DNA of 64,000 nucleotides from Candidatus Latescibacterota bacterium (GTDB taxonomy: Bacteria; Krumholzibacteriota; Krumholzibacteriia; G020349025). Of this stretch, positions 40,399 to 50,800 are shown one piece after another. A program made the position numbers and the translations under genes. Within the stretch, counting starts at the first letter, position 1. The number at the start of each line of letters is the position of its first letter. The notes beneath the pieces are model-generated. The model did no database searches, was not told the DNA's origin, and was given only the letters and a program-made list of their open reading frames with translations. Location of the stretch: the NCBI GenBank assembly GCA_020349025.1, contig CP070763.1:1811012-1875011 (forward strand), in the 5' to 3' direction.

Positions 40399-41732
40399 AT
40401 GTCCTCACGTCGCGCGGCCGACGCGAAACGCGGAGACACCGGCGATAACGTCCAACAACCGAGTCGATTGAAGTTTGCGTTTGAGTCGCACTCTAGCTCG
40501 CGCCCCTCGATCGGAGCGCGTGTCGCCTCGCGCCCGGCACGGAGCCCGGCGCGCCCCGACCTCGTGCGCTACGTCGAGCCGGGGAACTGGCACCAGCGTG
40601 GGCCGCTCGGCAGCGTCGTCCTCCCGCGTGAGCCGCAGCCGGAGTTCGTCGGTGCGGCAGCATGCGCGGAGTGTCACCGAGATCGCCACAAGGGATTCCT
40701 GAGGACCAACCACTTCAATACGTCGCGGCACGCCGAAGGCAAGACGATCAAGGGGAGCTTCGAGCCGGGGCGCAACCGACTCCTGACCCAGAAGCAGAGT
40801 TTCTACTACGAGATGCAGGAACGAGAAGGCGGCTACTACCAGGTCGTCTTCGAAGGGGACCAGGAAATCCACCGCGAACGCTTCGACATCGTGGTGGGCT
40901 CGGGAAAGATCGCGCAAACGTATCTCTACTGGAAGGACGATGCTCTCTTCGAGCTGCCGGTCTCCTACTTCACGGCGATGGACTCGTGGGTAGACAGCCC
41001 GGGCTACCCGAACGGCGTCGCCCTGTTCAGTCGCCCCGTTCAGACGCGCTGTGTGGAGTGCCACAGCACTCGATTCGACGGCAAGTACGAATCCCCCGTG
41101 AACTACCGCTGCGACACGCAAGGCTTCTTCTTGGGTGTCACGTGCGAACGCTGTCACGGACCCGGCCGCGACCACGTGGAGTTCCACCGGCGCAACCCCG
41201 ATCTGGAAACCGGAAAGCACGTCGTCAACCCTGGGAAGCTACCGCGAGATCGCGTCAACGACATCTGCTCGCAGTGTCACTCCTCGAACATCGTTCCGAA
41301 AAAGCCCCCTTCACCGTTCGTCCGGGCCAGGCGCTCGCCAGTTACTTCGATCCGCCAAACGAGCCCGCGAGCGCGCGGCCGGGGATCCACACCAACGACC
41401 AGCTGCAGCGCCTGCGCATGAGTGCCTGCTACAAGAACAGCCGCGACATGTCGTGTGCAACCTGCCACGATCCGCACCAGAAGGAGAGCGGGGACTTCGA
41501 GGTATTCTCGAGGCGCTGTCAGAAGTGCCACAAGCTGGACGACTGCGCGATCGCGGACATGGGGTCGAGGATCGGCCACAACTGCGTCGAATGCCACATG
41601 GCCAAGAATCCCGTCATCGGCGGCGTCTTGAGATCCAGCAGGAACGCGGCACCCATCTTGATGTGGGATCACTTCATCAAGGCGAGAATCCCGAACTCGC
41701 AGCAAGCACTGCGCGATTTCCGCGGTGACTGA
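40399..41732 (+). CDS. Multiheme c-type cytochrome (7 CxxCH), reading frame interrupted by a 1-nt slip in an A5-G-C5 homopolymer (41299-41309)
   Basis: CAECH, CVECH, CERCH and CSQCH lie in frame 1 up to about 41306. CATCH, CQKCH and CVECH lie in frame 0 from about 41307. Adding one C to the C5 run joins them as ...IVPKKPPFTVRPGQ.... No N-terminal signal peptide is visible. Confidence 0.55.
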
Positions 41733-41779
41733 CGGCTGCTCAGTGCCTCAGCCTCCGCGACGTCGGTGCCGATGGATCC

Positions 41780-44700
41780 TCAACGCAAAAGCAGCATGCG
41801 TCGTGTCGCGAGGCGCGAAGCGCTCGAGAGGCGATAAAGGTAGACACCCGACGGAAGCGCACGGCCGTCGTCGTCGGTGCCGTCCCAGATCGTCGTGTGC
41901 TCTCCAGCGTCGAGCCGCTGGTCGACGAGACGGCGCACGCGGTGGCCGCGCACGTCGAAGATGTCGAGCCGCGCAAGTTGGCGCTGCGACAGCTCGAAAC
42001 GAATCGTAGTGCGCGGGTTGAACGGGTTGGGTCGATTGCCGTGCAGCGCGAAGCGCGGTGCTTGTCCGGCCACGTGCACCTCGCGCGTCGTGCTCTCCTC
42101 TCCCCGGACCACCAGGCCGAGCCGGTACGTGTAGCCACGCCCCGCTTCTGCACTCGTGTCGAGGTAGACATATTCGATCCCTTGCGGATCCGCTGCCAGC
42201 GTGGTCAGAAGCTGGAACGAGCGCGCATCCGTCGAGCTCGAGCGGTAGATGCGGAAGAGATCCCCTGGCTCCGAGGTTCGCGCGCGCCACTCGAGCCTTA
42301 CACCGTCCGCCGCACGTTGCGCGCGCAGCTCCTCGAGCGTGATCGGCACCGCGGTGCCCGGGTCGATCTCGATGTCGTCGATGTACCAGCCGGCCTGCGG
42401 CGTCGTGAGGACCACTGCCCCGCTCGTCGCCACCCGGAAGCGGAAGCGGATCATGCGCCCGTCGAAATCACCGCGTACGGTCGCGTTGATGCGCTCCAGC
42501 TTCCAGGCGTCCTGCCAGCCCGACCACACCGGGTACCACTGGATTGGGTTGAAGAGTGCGTAGGCGCCAAGCTGGTTGTTGTAGCCATCCAGCGTGTCGA
42601 TCAGGAACCAGCGATCCTGCTGCACGTCCTGCGCGATCTCGATATCCTGCCACTCGACGATGGCACCGTCGACGGCGCTGTCGTCGCCCTCCGGAGGCGC
42701 CGTGCGGAAGTAGTAACGGTGGTAGAAACGCACCTCCCACCCCTGCTTCAACCGCACCGCCGGCCCCTCGAGCACGGCGTCCTGCTCCAGAGCGATCTGC
42801 CCGACGCGTGGGTTCGTGCTGACGTTGTTCGGACCCACCTTCCAGCTCCACAGTCCGCCCTCGGTATGGTTGATCGGCTCGCGGTGCCACTCGTCGATTT
42901 CGTTGAAGGTGAGAGAACGATGCGTCCACAGTGGGTTTTCCTGCTCGACGTCTTCGTCCTGCACCAGCGTGATCTCGAGCGCGCTGAATCCAACGCTCGG
43001 AAAGGTCGCGACGTGCGGCACGGTGGCTGCATCCTTCGCCACGATGCGGTACTCGAGGATCTCTCCCACGCGCGCCTGCGCTGGCAGCGGGAACCGCGTC
43101 TCGTAGACGTCGCTCGTGCCCTGCCGCGGCAGCGCGGTCTTCTGCAGCGTGCCACCCTGCAGGCGGAACTCGAGCTGCACCTCGGCGACGGCGTGATCGT
43201 CGAGCACGACGGCTCGCACGATCATCGGCTCGGCGTTGCGCGAATGACGTCGCACCGGCGCGTGCGCAATCGTCGGTGCGCGGGTGTCCGCCTGCACGTT
43301 GAACTCGAACACCTGGCTCGGCGCCTCCTCGGGCCAGAGGTAAACGTGCTCCGAAAGCGTGGTCCCGGCGCGCATGTAGTAGCGGATGCGGCTGTTCAAC
43401 GGCTGCGGCGGAATCAGCGCGAAGAACTCGTCGCCGTCGCGTTGCATCGCGAGCTCCGTGAAAGAGCCAGCGTCCACCGCGTAGAAGAGCGCCAGCCTGA
43501 CGTCCTCCAAGCTCGTCGGCAGGCTGCGCGGCTCCAGAACGACACGCGTCCGGATCTCGGTGGCTGCGGTCGCATCCTCGACGTCCCCATGCTCACTGTG
43601 ATCGAAAGCCACGCGAGCCGGGACCGACCGCAGGTCGAAGTGGAGCGAGCCGCGCCTGAGCGTTTGCTCGTGGAAGAAGTCCGCCAGCCATTCGCGCATG
43701 GTGTCGATCTTCTCGAGCTCCCCCGGCTGCACCGGCGTGTCCGGGAGCGTGATGAGAGCGGTGGCGATGCGGAAGTCGCGCTGCGTATTGGGATAGAGCG
43801 GCCTGCGCACGCCGTTGCTGATGAAGATGCACTCCATGTCGATATCGACGCGCTCCGCGACACACTCCACCCCGAGCTGGGGCGGCGAGGCGCGAGAGAA
43901 GGGGAAACCACGGCGATCCACGCTCGGCGTGCAGTTCTGCGCGTTGTCGAGCAGCCACAAGCTGCCGTCGGGGATGTCGTTGTGATCCAGCATCCCCATC
44001 AAATAGAGGTCCAGCGGCCCGTAGGTGTTGGTCACGCCCTGAGTCGACCACAGGGGTGCGTTGCCCCCCCAGGCGTTTCCTTCCAGCACCGACGCGCCCG
44101 TGTTGAGGAAGAAGGACCAGTGCACGTTGCCGCGGCCCAGAAGTGACTCGAGCGGCAGGAACGACTGCGGGCAGATCACCAGACGTGCACCCCAGCGGTG
44201 ACCGATTTCGTGCGCCATGAACGCGGCTGTCGTGTAGTCGCGCCAGAAGAGCGCACCCGGGCTGTCCGGATAGATGCGCAGGTCGTTCAGATGCACGAAG
44301 CTCTGGAGCTGTCCGATCTCCTCGTTGCCGGTGAAGGTGGGCCCGTCGTTGAAGAGGTCTTCACCGAAGAAGTGCCGGTGCCCGAGGCCCTCGACGCTGT
44401 TGCCCACGGCGATGTGGTAGGCGAGGAACTGGACGGCCCCGGCGACGAGCTGCGACGGGAAGTTGGTGAACAGTATCAGGAAGTCGTACTCGTCGTCGTG
44501 GGCGTCGTAGAACGCACGTGAGGCCTCGACCGGGTCCACTTCGAGCGCCTCATTGATGTTGAGCATGACGATGGAGCCGTCGTCCACGATGACCGCGGTG
44601 TCCAGCGAGTCCCAGGTCGCGACGCTCTGCGGCTGCGCAGCCCCCGGGCCCCAGGGCCAGGCGCTGATCCCGGGGGGCGCGGGTGTCGGCTCGACGCCAG

Positions 44701-44986
44701 CCGCGCGCAGCGACTGCAGCAGCTCGCGGCGCAAGCGGTGGGAGCGCAGGAGATCGTCACGCAGCGCGTCGTGCGAGCCGCAGACCTCGGGCCCGGAGCC
44801 GTGGGCACGCAGCCCGGTGGCATCCTCCGAGACCTGCCGCAACGCCTGGTGCCACGCCTCGTAGTGCGGATCGGCGAGCACACGGGTCACGCGGGCGGAT
44901 TCGGGGGACGCCGCTGGGGCCGAAGCGGCCAGGGATGTGAGCGTCAGGCAGCATGCTGCCAACTGACGTCGCAAACGCTCCTCCAC
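41780..44986 (-). CDS. Secreted zinc metalloprotease (HEIGH motif) with FlgD/T9SS-type C-terminal sorting domain; paralogous in architecture to 6429..10301
   Basis: Signal peptide (CCLTLTSLAASAPAASP), HExxH motif FMAHEIGHRWG, and the C-terminus NPFNPRTTIRFELS...SGVYLYRLS. Confidence 0.7.
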   Translation of the reverse strand: MEERLRRQLAACCLTLTSLAASAPAASPESARVTRVLADPHYEAWHQALRQVSEDATGLRAHGSGPEVCGSHDALRDDLLRSHRLRRELLQSLRAAGVEPTPAPPGISAWPWGPGAAQPQSVATWDSLDTAVIVDDGSIVMLNINEALEVDPVEASRAFYDAHDDEYDFLILFTNFPSQLVAGAVQFLAYHIAVGNSVEGLGHRHFFGEDLFNDGPTFTGNEEIGQLQSFVHLNDLRIYPDSPGALFWRDYTTAAFMAHEIGHRWGARLVICPQSFLPLESLLGRGNVHWSFFLNTGASVLEGNAWGGNAPLWSTQGVTNTYGPLDLYLMGMLDHNDIPDGSLWLLDNAQNCTPSVDRRGFPFSRASPPQLGVECVAERVDIDMECIFISNGVRRPLYPNTQRDFRIATALITLPDTPVQPGELEKIDTMREWLADFFHEQTLRRGSLHFDLRSVPARVAFDHSEHGDVEDATAATEIRTRVVLEPRSLPTSLEDVRLALFYAVDAGSFTELAMQRDGDEFFALIPPQPLNSRIRYYMRAGTTLSEHVYLWPEEAPSQVFEFNVQADTRAPTIAHAPVRRHSRNAEPMIVRAVVLDDHAVAEVQLEFRLQGGTLQKTALPRQGTSDVYETRFPLPAQARVGEILEYRIVAKDAATVPHVATFPSVGFSALEITLVQDEDVEQENPLWTHRSLTFNEIDEWHREPINHTEGGLWSWKVGPNNVSTNPRVGQIALEQDAVLEGPAVRLKQGWEVRFYHRYYFRTAPPEGDDSAVDGAIVEWQDIEIAQDVQQDRWFLIDTLDGYNNQLGAYALFNPIQWYPVWSGWQDAWKLERINATVRGDFDGRMIRFRFRVATSGAVVLTTPQAGWYIDDIEIDPGTAVPITLEELRAQRAADGVRLEWRARTSEPGDLFRIYRSSSTDARSFQLLTTLAADPQGIEYVYLDTSAEAGRGYTYRLGLVVRGEESTTREVHVAGQAPRFALHGNRPNPFNPRTTIRFELSQRQLARLDIFDVRGHRVRRLVDQRLDAGEHTTIWDGTDDDGRALPSGVYLYRLSSASRLATRRMLLLR

Positions 44987-45060
44987 GACTTCCGGACGGA
45001 CGCGACGCAGTATACCATGCCGGAGTTTGCGGTGTCCGCCGCCCGTGGGGAGGGATCCAG

Positions 45061-46176
45061 GTGCACGTGCCGCTCGTCGACCTGCGTGCTCAGTACGCGA
45101 CGATTCGCAACGAGGTGGAGCCTTGTCTGCAGCGCATCTGTGCGTCGCAGTCTTTCGTCCTGGGTCCGGAGGTGGAGGCGCTCGAGCGCGAGATCGCCAA
45201 CTACGTGCGGGCGCCGCACGCCATCGGCTGCGCCTCGGGAACCGACGCGCTGGAGCTCGCCCTGCTCGCCTGCGGCGTCGGTTCGGGCGACGAAGTCATC
45301 ACCTCGGCATTCTCGTTCATCGCCGGGGCGGAGGCGATCATGCTGCGTGGCGCCCGCCCGGTGTTCGTCGACATCGATCCGGACACGTTCAACCTCGACA
45401 CCGACGCGCTCGAGCGCGCCATCACCTCGCGTACGCGCGCCATCCTTCCGACCGACCTTTTCGGCCAGTGCGCCGACATGAGCAACGTGGTCGGGATCGC
45501 CGAGCTCCACGGCGTTACGGTGATCGAGGATGCGGCGCAGAGCCTCGGCGCGGAGCATGACGGGCGGCGCGCCGGGGAGATGGCGCCTTTCACGACTTTC
45601 AGCTTCTATCCGTCGAAGAACCTGGGCGCCTTCGGCGACGGTGGATTGATCACGGCCCTGGACGACGACACGGCGGGCGCGCTGCGGTGCCTGCGCACAC
45701 ACGGCGAGTCGGAGCGCTACGTCCACGCGCAAGTGGGACGCAACTCACGTCTCGACGCGTTGCAAGCAGCGATTTTGCGGATCAAGCTCCGGCACTTGGA
45801 TCAGTGGACCGCGCTGCGCCAGGCGCACGCAGCCGACTATACGAAGCAGCTGCAAGAGCGCGGTCTCACGGAGCGCGTGCGACCGCCCGTAACCGCCGCG
45901 ACGAGTACGCGCCACGTGTTCAACCAGTACACGGTGCGCGTGGAGTCGCGTGAAGAGCTGCGGGCACACTTGCAGAGCTGCGACGTGGGAACGGCGATCT
46001 ACTACCCGGTCGCTCTGCATCGCCAGCCGTGCTTCCGTGGCGTCGTCGACGCGAAGCTGCAGCTGCCGGACAGCGAGCGCGCCGCGGCGGAAGTCTTGTC
46101 GCTGCCTCTCTATCCGGAGCTCACCGAAGCGCAGCGCACCTTCGTCGTCGATCGCATCGCCGAGTTCTACGCTTGA
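45061..46176 (+). CDS. DegT/DnrJ/EryC1/StrS-family PLP-dependent sugar aminotransferase
   Basis: Family-typical blocks SGTDALELAL, FSFYPSKNLGAFGDGG and VHAQVGRNSRLDALQAAIL. GTG at 45061. Confidence 0.75.
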   Translation: MHVPLVDLRAQYATIRNEVEPCLQRICASQSFVLGPEVEALEREIANYVRAPHAIGCASGTDALELALLACGVGSGDEVITSAFSFIAGAEAIMLRGARPVFVDIDPDTFNLDTDALERAITSRTRAILPTDLFGQCADMSNVVGIAELHGVTVIEDAAQSLGAEHDGRRAGEMAPFTTFSFYPSKNLGAFGDGGLITALDDDTAGALRCLRTHGESERYVHAQVGRNSRLDALQAAILRIKLRHLDQWTALRQAHAADYTKQLQERGLTERVRPPVTAATSTRHVFNQYTVRVESREELRAHLQSCDVGTAIYYPVALHRQPCFRGVVDAKLQLPDSERAAAEVLSLPLYPELTEAQRTFVVDRIAEFYA

Positions 46177-46237
46177 GTGAATCTCTGCCGTCCTGGGCGT
46201 GCAATCATGCAAGGCGCCACATGAGAGATGGGATGCC

Positions 46238-46981
46238 ATGACGGACCCGGGAGGATCGGAACGCGACGTGGTTGCTCTGGTCGTGGCCGCAGGCCAGGGA
46301 ACGCGGCTTGGAGGCGAGACGCCGAAGCAGTTTCGCGAGCTCGGAGATCGGATGCTGCTCACGTGGGCCGTGCAAGCGCTCGCACGCGCGCCCAGCGTGC
46401 AGCGCTTCGTCATCGTGGTGACCCCGGGCTGGGAGGAACGCGTGCGCCACGAGCTCGCGCGACGCGCGCCCCACGTTCGCGTCGCCGAGGTGGTTTCCGG
46501 TGGTGCGACGCGGCAGGACTCTGTGTGGCACGGTCTGCAAGCGGCTCCGGCGGCATCGCACCTTCTCGTGCACGACGCGGCTCGGCCTTTTCCGACGCCC
46601 GAGCTCGTCGAGAGCGCGATCATGGCAGCAAGAAGGTGCGGCGCAGCGACGGTCGCGCTCGCGGTCGCCGACACCTTGATGCGGGCTGACGAATCGACGG
46701 CGCAGGTCCTTGCCAGTGCAACGCTCGAGCGTCGCGGCGTCTGGGCGATTCAGACGCCGCAGGTTTTCGACGCGTCGCTGCTGCGTGAGGCGCACGTACA
46801 CGCGCGTGAACAGGGGCTCGCCGCGACCGATGACTGCAGTCTGGTTCTCGCCCTCGGTCGCCACGTGGAGCTCGTACGCGGGAGCTCCTGGAACATCAAG
46901 GTCACGGAGCCCGAGGATTGGCCACGAGCCGCGTGGATTCTGCGCGCACGTGAGGAAGAGATCGAAAGGGGAGACGCGTGA
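46238..46981 (+). CDS. ispD: 2-C-methyl-D-erythritol 4-phosphate cytidylyltransferase
   Basis: VVAAGQGTRLG...PKQF motif. ATG at 46238. Confidence 0.8.
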   Translation: MTDPGGSERDVVALVVAAGQGTRLGGETPKQFRELGDRMLLTWAVQALARAPSVQRFVIVVTPGWEERVRHELARRAPHVRVAEVVSGGATRQDSVWHGLQAAPAASHLLVHDAARPFPTPELVESAIMAARRCGAATVALAVADTLMRADESTAQVLASATLERRGVWAIQTPQVFDASLLREAHVHAREQGLAATDDCSLVLALGRHVELVRGSSWNIKVTEPEDWPRAAWILRAREEEIERGDA

Positions 46982-47466
46982 AGCCGGAGTTCCGCATTGG
47001 ACAAGGATGGGACGTGCATCGATTCGGTGCCGAGCGAGCGCTGCTCCTGGGTGGCGTCGAGGTTCCGTGCGAGCGCGGCGGGCTCGAGGGACATTCCGAT
47101 GCCGATGTGCTCACGCACGCGTTGGCCAGCGCGCTGCTGGGAAGCGTTGCGCTCGGCGATCTCGGCAAGCACTTCCCCGACACCGATCCACGCTGGCGGA
47201 ATGCGTCGAGCCTCGATCTGCTACGTCAGGTTCTGCGGCTCGTGCGCGACGCCGGCTACAGGCTGGTCAACTGCGACTGCACGGTGATCGCGCAGGAGCC
47301 GAGACTCGCTCCTCACATGACGGCCATGCGCCAATCGCTGGCCGAGACGCTCGCCGTCGAGCCGGAGCGAATCTCGATCAAGGCCACGACTGCCGAAGGC
47401 CTCGGCGCACTGGGTCGCGTCGAAGGCATTGCGGCGCAAGCCGTCGTTCTCGTCACGCGCTCGTGA
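46978..47466 (+). CDS. ispF: 2-C-methyl-D-erythritol 2,4-cyclodiphosphate synthase
   Basis: FRIGQGWDVHRF...GHSDADVLTHAL motif. The GTG start overlaps the ispD stop by 4 nt. Confidence 0.85.
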   Translation: MKPEFRIGQGWDVHRFGAERALLLGGVEVPCERGGLEGHSDADVLTHALASALLGSVALGDLGKHFPDTDPRWRNASSLDLLRQVLRLVRDAGYRLVNCDCTVIAQEPRLAPHMTAMRQSLAETLAVEPERISIKATTAEGLGALGRVEGIAAQAVVLVTRS

Positions 47467-47849
47467 TCGCGATCAGCTGGTCGTGTGCCGGGCGCCGGGT
47501 GCTGGCCGAGCGGTTGCGCCGGACGCTCGGCGGCGCGCCTCCGCGCGCGCCGCTCTCGCTCGACACGCGCGCGGCTCGGGTCTCCTGCCCTCGCTTTCGC
47601 GCGCGTGACGCCGGCGCAACCGCTCGGCCAGCACCCGGCTTCCCTTCCTCGTGTCCGCGGTCGTGCATCACGCCATCAGATCGACTTCGCCATCCGCCTC
47701 AGTCCGACCGCATCCCGAACACCTGCGACCCCGTGCCCACCTCCGCAAGTCGCTGCAGTGCCTCAACGAATCGTTCATTCTCGTAAGTGATGGAAGAATG
47801 TTGGGCTGCGGGACTCTGCGAGTCTATCGACGGTTGGAAGAGGCGTGGA

Positions 47850-50800
47850 TCACCACACGAGAACGAGCCCGTTCTGATTGCGCAAGCCGCTGCGCAGCAG
47901 GTGGCGCCACTCGTAGGCGAGGAAGCCGAGACGAAGGCGCACACCGACTCCGTAGGAGTAGATCGCCGGTGCACCTTCGGCGATGCCTGCATCGTAGAAG
48001 AAGAACGCGTCGGCGGCGGGCAAGGGGAGAGCGTACACCGGCAGCCGCAAGCGGCTGTAATCCCAAACCTGTGCTCGCACCTCGAAGTTGGCGTAGGCGA
48101 TGCGCTCGCTGCGGATGAAGCCGGTCGGGTAGCCGGAAACGGAGTACATCCCCCCCAGGCCGTAGATGAACGCTTGCGGGCCGTCGTTCACCAACGCGCG
48201 CCCGCGGAGCGCCAGGTCGAGGTGCCCCAACCTCTGGTGCTTGACGAGCAGCGCGGCGAAGGAGATGCGATTCAGCCCCGCCGTCACTCTCTGCTGCACC
48301 GAATCCTGCTGGGCGCCGTTCAGTTGCGTTCGCAGCCCCGGGGCGTTGAACCCGGACGCCACCGAGACGAGCCACAGAGAACCGGCACGCGGCCCGCGTG
48401 CGTCCGACCACACGCGTGTGTCGCGGCTGAAGCTCAGGCCCACCTCTGCGTTGGGGCGGACGTACTCGTGCGTCGGGAGGAATTCGCGCTCGGCGCGCGC
48501 AGCGTGGGCGCGGTCCGCCTCGGCCCAGCGGCGCATGGCGGTGGGGGAACGATCGGTGAGGAGCGACACGTTCGGCACGCCGCCGAGCGCGAGGCGCCAG
48601 GCGCGCGGATCGAGCCGCGGCATCTGCATCTCCAGAACCGGTGCCTCGGCTGCAAGCACCGTGCTTTCCGATTCGCTCGCAATGACCTTGCCTTCGGTAT
48701 CGGTGCGGCGCGTCACCGCGAGCGCCAACCCCACGCGCGAGACCAGGCTCTGGTGGTATTGCCCACTCAGGAGAAGACCTTGCTCGCTCTCGGTGCGATT
48801 GACGCTGAAGGTGGAGTCGGCCTGAAAGCGGGCGCGCAGGATCGAGCGGTAGAATCCGCTCACCTGCCAGTGGATGCGCGAGGAACGGTTGGCGTACTGG
48901 ATCAAGCCGAAGCGATCGAACTCACCACTCTGCCCCACGGCGAACATGACGCTCTGATCGTGGAACTCGGTGTCGAAGCCCATGAACGTGGCGCCGTTGG
49001 TGCGCGTGCTGGAGCTGGTCAGGTTCAATCCGAGGGGCATGAAGCGCCACTTCTGCTTGTAGGGGGAGATCACGAGCCCGACATCTCCATGCCCCGCCGT
49101 GTGGCGCAGGTCGGAGAGCATGCCCGCCGATGCCGGCTCCGGCACCGCTGACGCCGTCGCCGCTGCCGTCTGCACGCCCGCAGGCGCATCGTCGTGCAGC
49201 GCGATGAGCGGCTGCGGTTGCTGCGACGACGCATCGAGGCCCAGCTTCTGCAGCGGGAAGCTCCAGACAGCCCGGCTCGCTGGTTGGCGGCTGTGGCGCA
49301 AGCTGTTGGCGACCAACGTGAGCGTGGAGTCGCTCAGCTGCATGCGGCTCACCGGAAACGGCAGCGACATCAGAGTGCGACTGCCGCCGTGGTAAAGATG
49401 CTCGGTCGGCGCCGGCACACCGTTTTCATCCGAGAGGTAAACGAGGTGTCCGTTCACAAGCAGGGGCTCCTGCTCGGCGACGTCGGGGCTCGAGGTCAGG
49501 TTGCGGGTCTCCCCCGTCTCGATGTCGAGCAGGAAGACGTCCGACTGGTAGTTTGCCGTGGCCGTCGAGGTGAAGAGCACGAGCGAAGGGTCCTCGGCGA
49601 AGCTCGGCGAGGCGATCTCCGCCCAGTGCCAGGGGGTCACCAGATGCGCCACGTCGCTCTCGACGTCGAGATAGCCGATGGCGTTGCGCCCGCTGCGCTC
49701 CACGACGCGGAACACGATGGCGCGTCCATCGGGCGACCAGCGTGGATCGCGCACCTCGCGCACGGGTCCGAGCTCACCGAGCGCTCGGATGCGTCCGCCG
49801 CGTTTCTTGTCCCACAGAAACAGCGACTCCTCGTTGCGGCTCCGCACCGACGTGACCACGCGCCCCTCGTACAGATCCGGTGTCGAGAAGATCGGGATGC
49901 GCTCGATGCCGTCGTCGAGGTCGCGCACGACGTGGCGCTCGCGCACACCTTTTTCTCGTGGTGTGCGCAGGACGATCTCCTGGCGCCCGCGCCGAACGAG
50001 CTGCACCAGGAGCTCGCCGTCGCGTCGGACTCCGGCGAGGCCGTGCGCCATGACCGTGCCGAGCGTGTCTGCGATGTCGGTGGAGAGGTGCTCCTGCCAC
50101 AGCTCCTCGCGTAACCAGCGCCGGTACAACTGCTCGAGCGTCGAGATGCGCTGACCGGTGAGCTCTTCCAGCCGGTCCAGGAATCCGCCCGTTTGCGAGT
50201 AGTAGCTCACGAGGAGTTTCTTCGGCAGGTCGCGCCCGAAGCGCTCGGCGAGGAAGAACAGGCGCGCCGGACCCTCGATGTAGCTCGACGCCAGCGTACG
50301 TGCCCCGACGGAGAGAGCGGCCAGGCCATCGAGCTCGTTCTCTGCCACCATCTCGACGAGCGCCGCACGCAGCGCCGGCTCCATCTCGCCGTGCGGGAAG
50401 GCGAGATACTCGGCGTAGTTTTCGTGCGTGATGGCGGAGAAGCCACCGCTGCCGCGGCGCCACGCTCGCTGCAGGGTTGTGGTGTCGCGCTTGGCGTGCC
50501 GGGTACGCATCGGCGCGAGCCCGCGCAGGTACTTCGCGATGTTTTCCACCACCGCGTGCGCGATCTCGTGCTGTGCCGTGCGGCGCAGCCGGTACTCGCC
50601 CAGCGAGGCGTAGATGACGATCGGAAGGCTGGGATCGTGGCGCGGAACGAACCCCAGCACGCCTTCCGGCAGGGGTGGGCCAATCGGTGTCGCCAGAAAG
50701 TCGGAGAGGGTGCGGTAGAGGACACAGCGCTGGTACAGGCGCGCCGCATCGCGTGGCAGCCAGATGAGAGCCGTGTCGCCCTCGAACTCCACGTGACGCG

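Noticed and set aside
44830-44850. Reverse-strand TGGCAC-N6-TTGC inside the second protease gene
   Set aside because: Wrong spacing (N6), and it lies inside a coding region.
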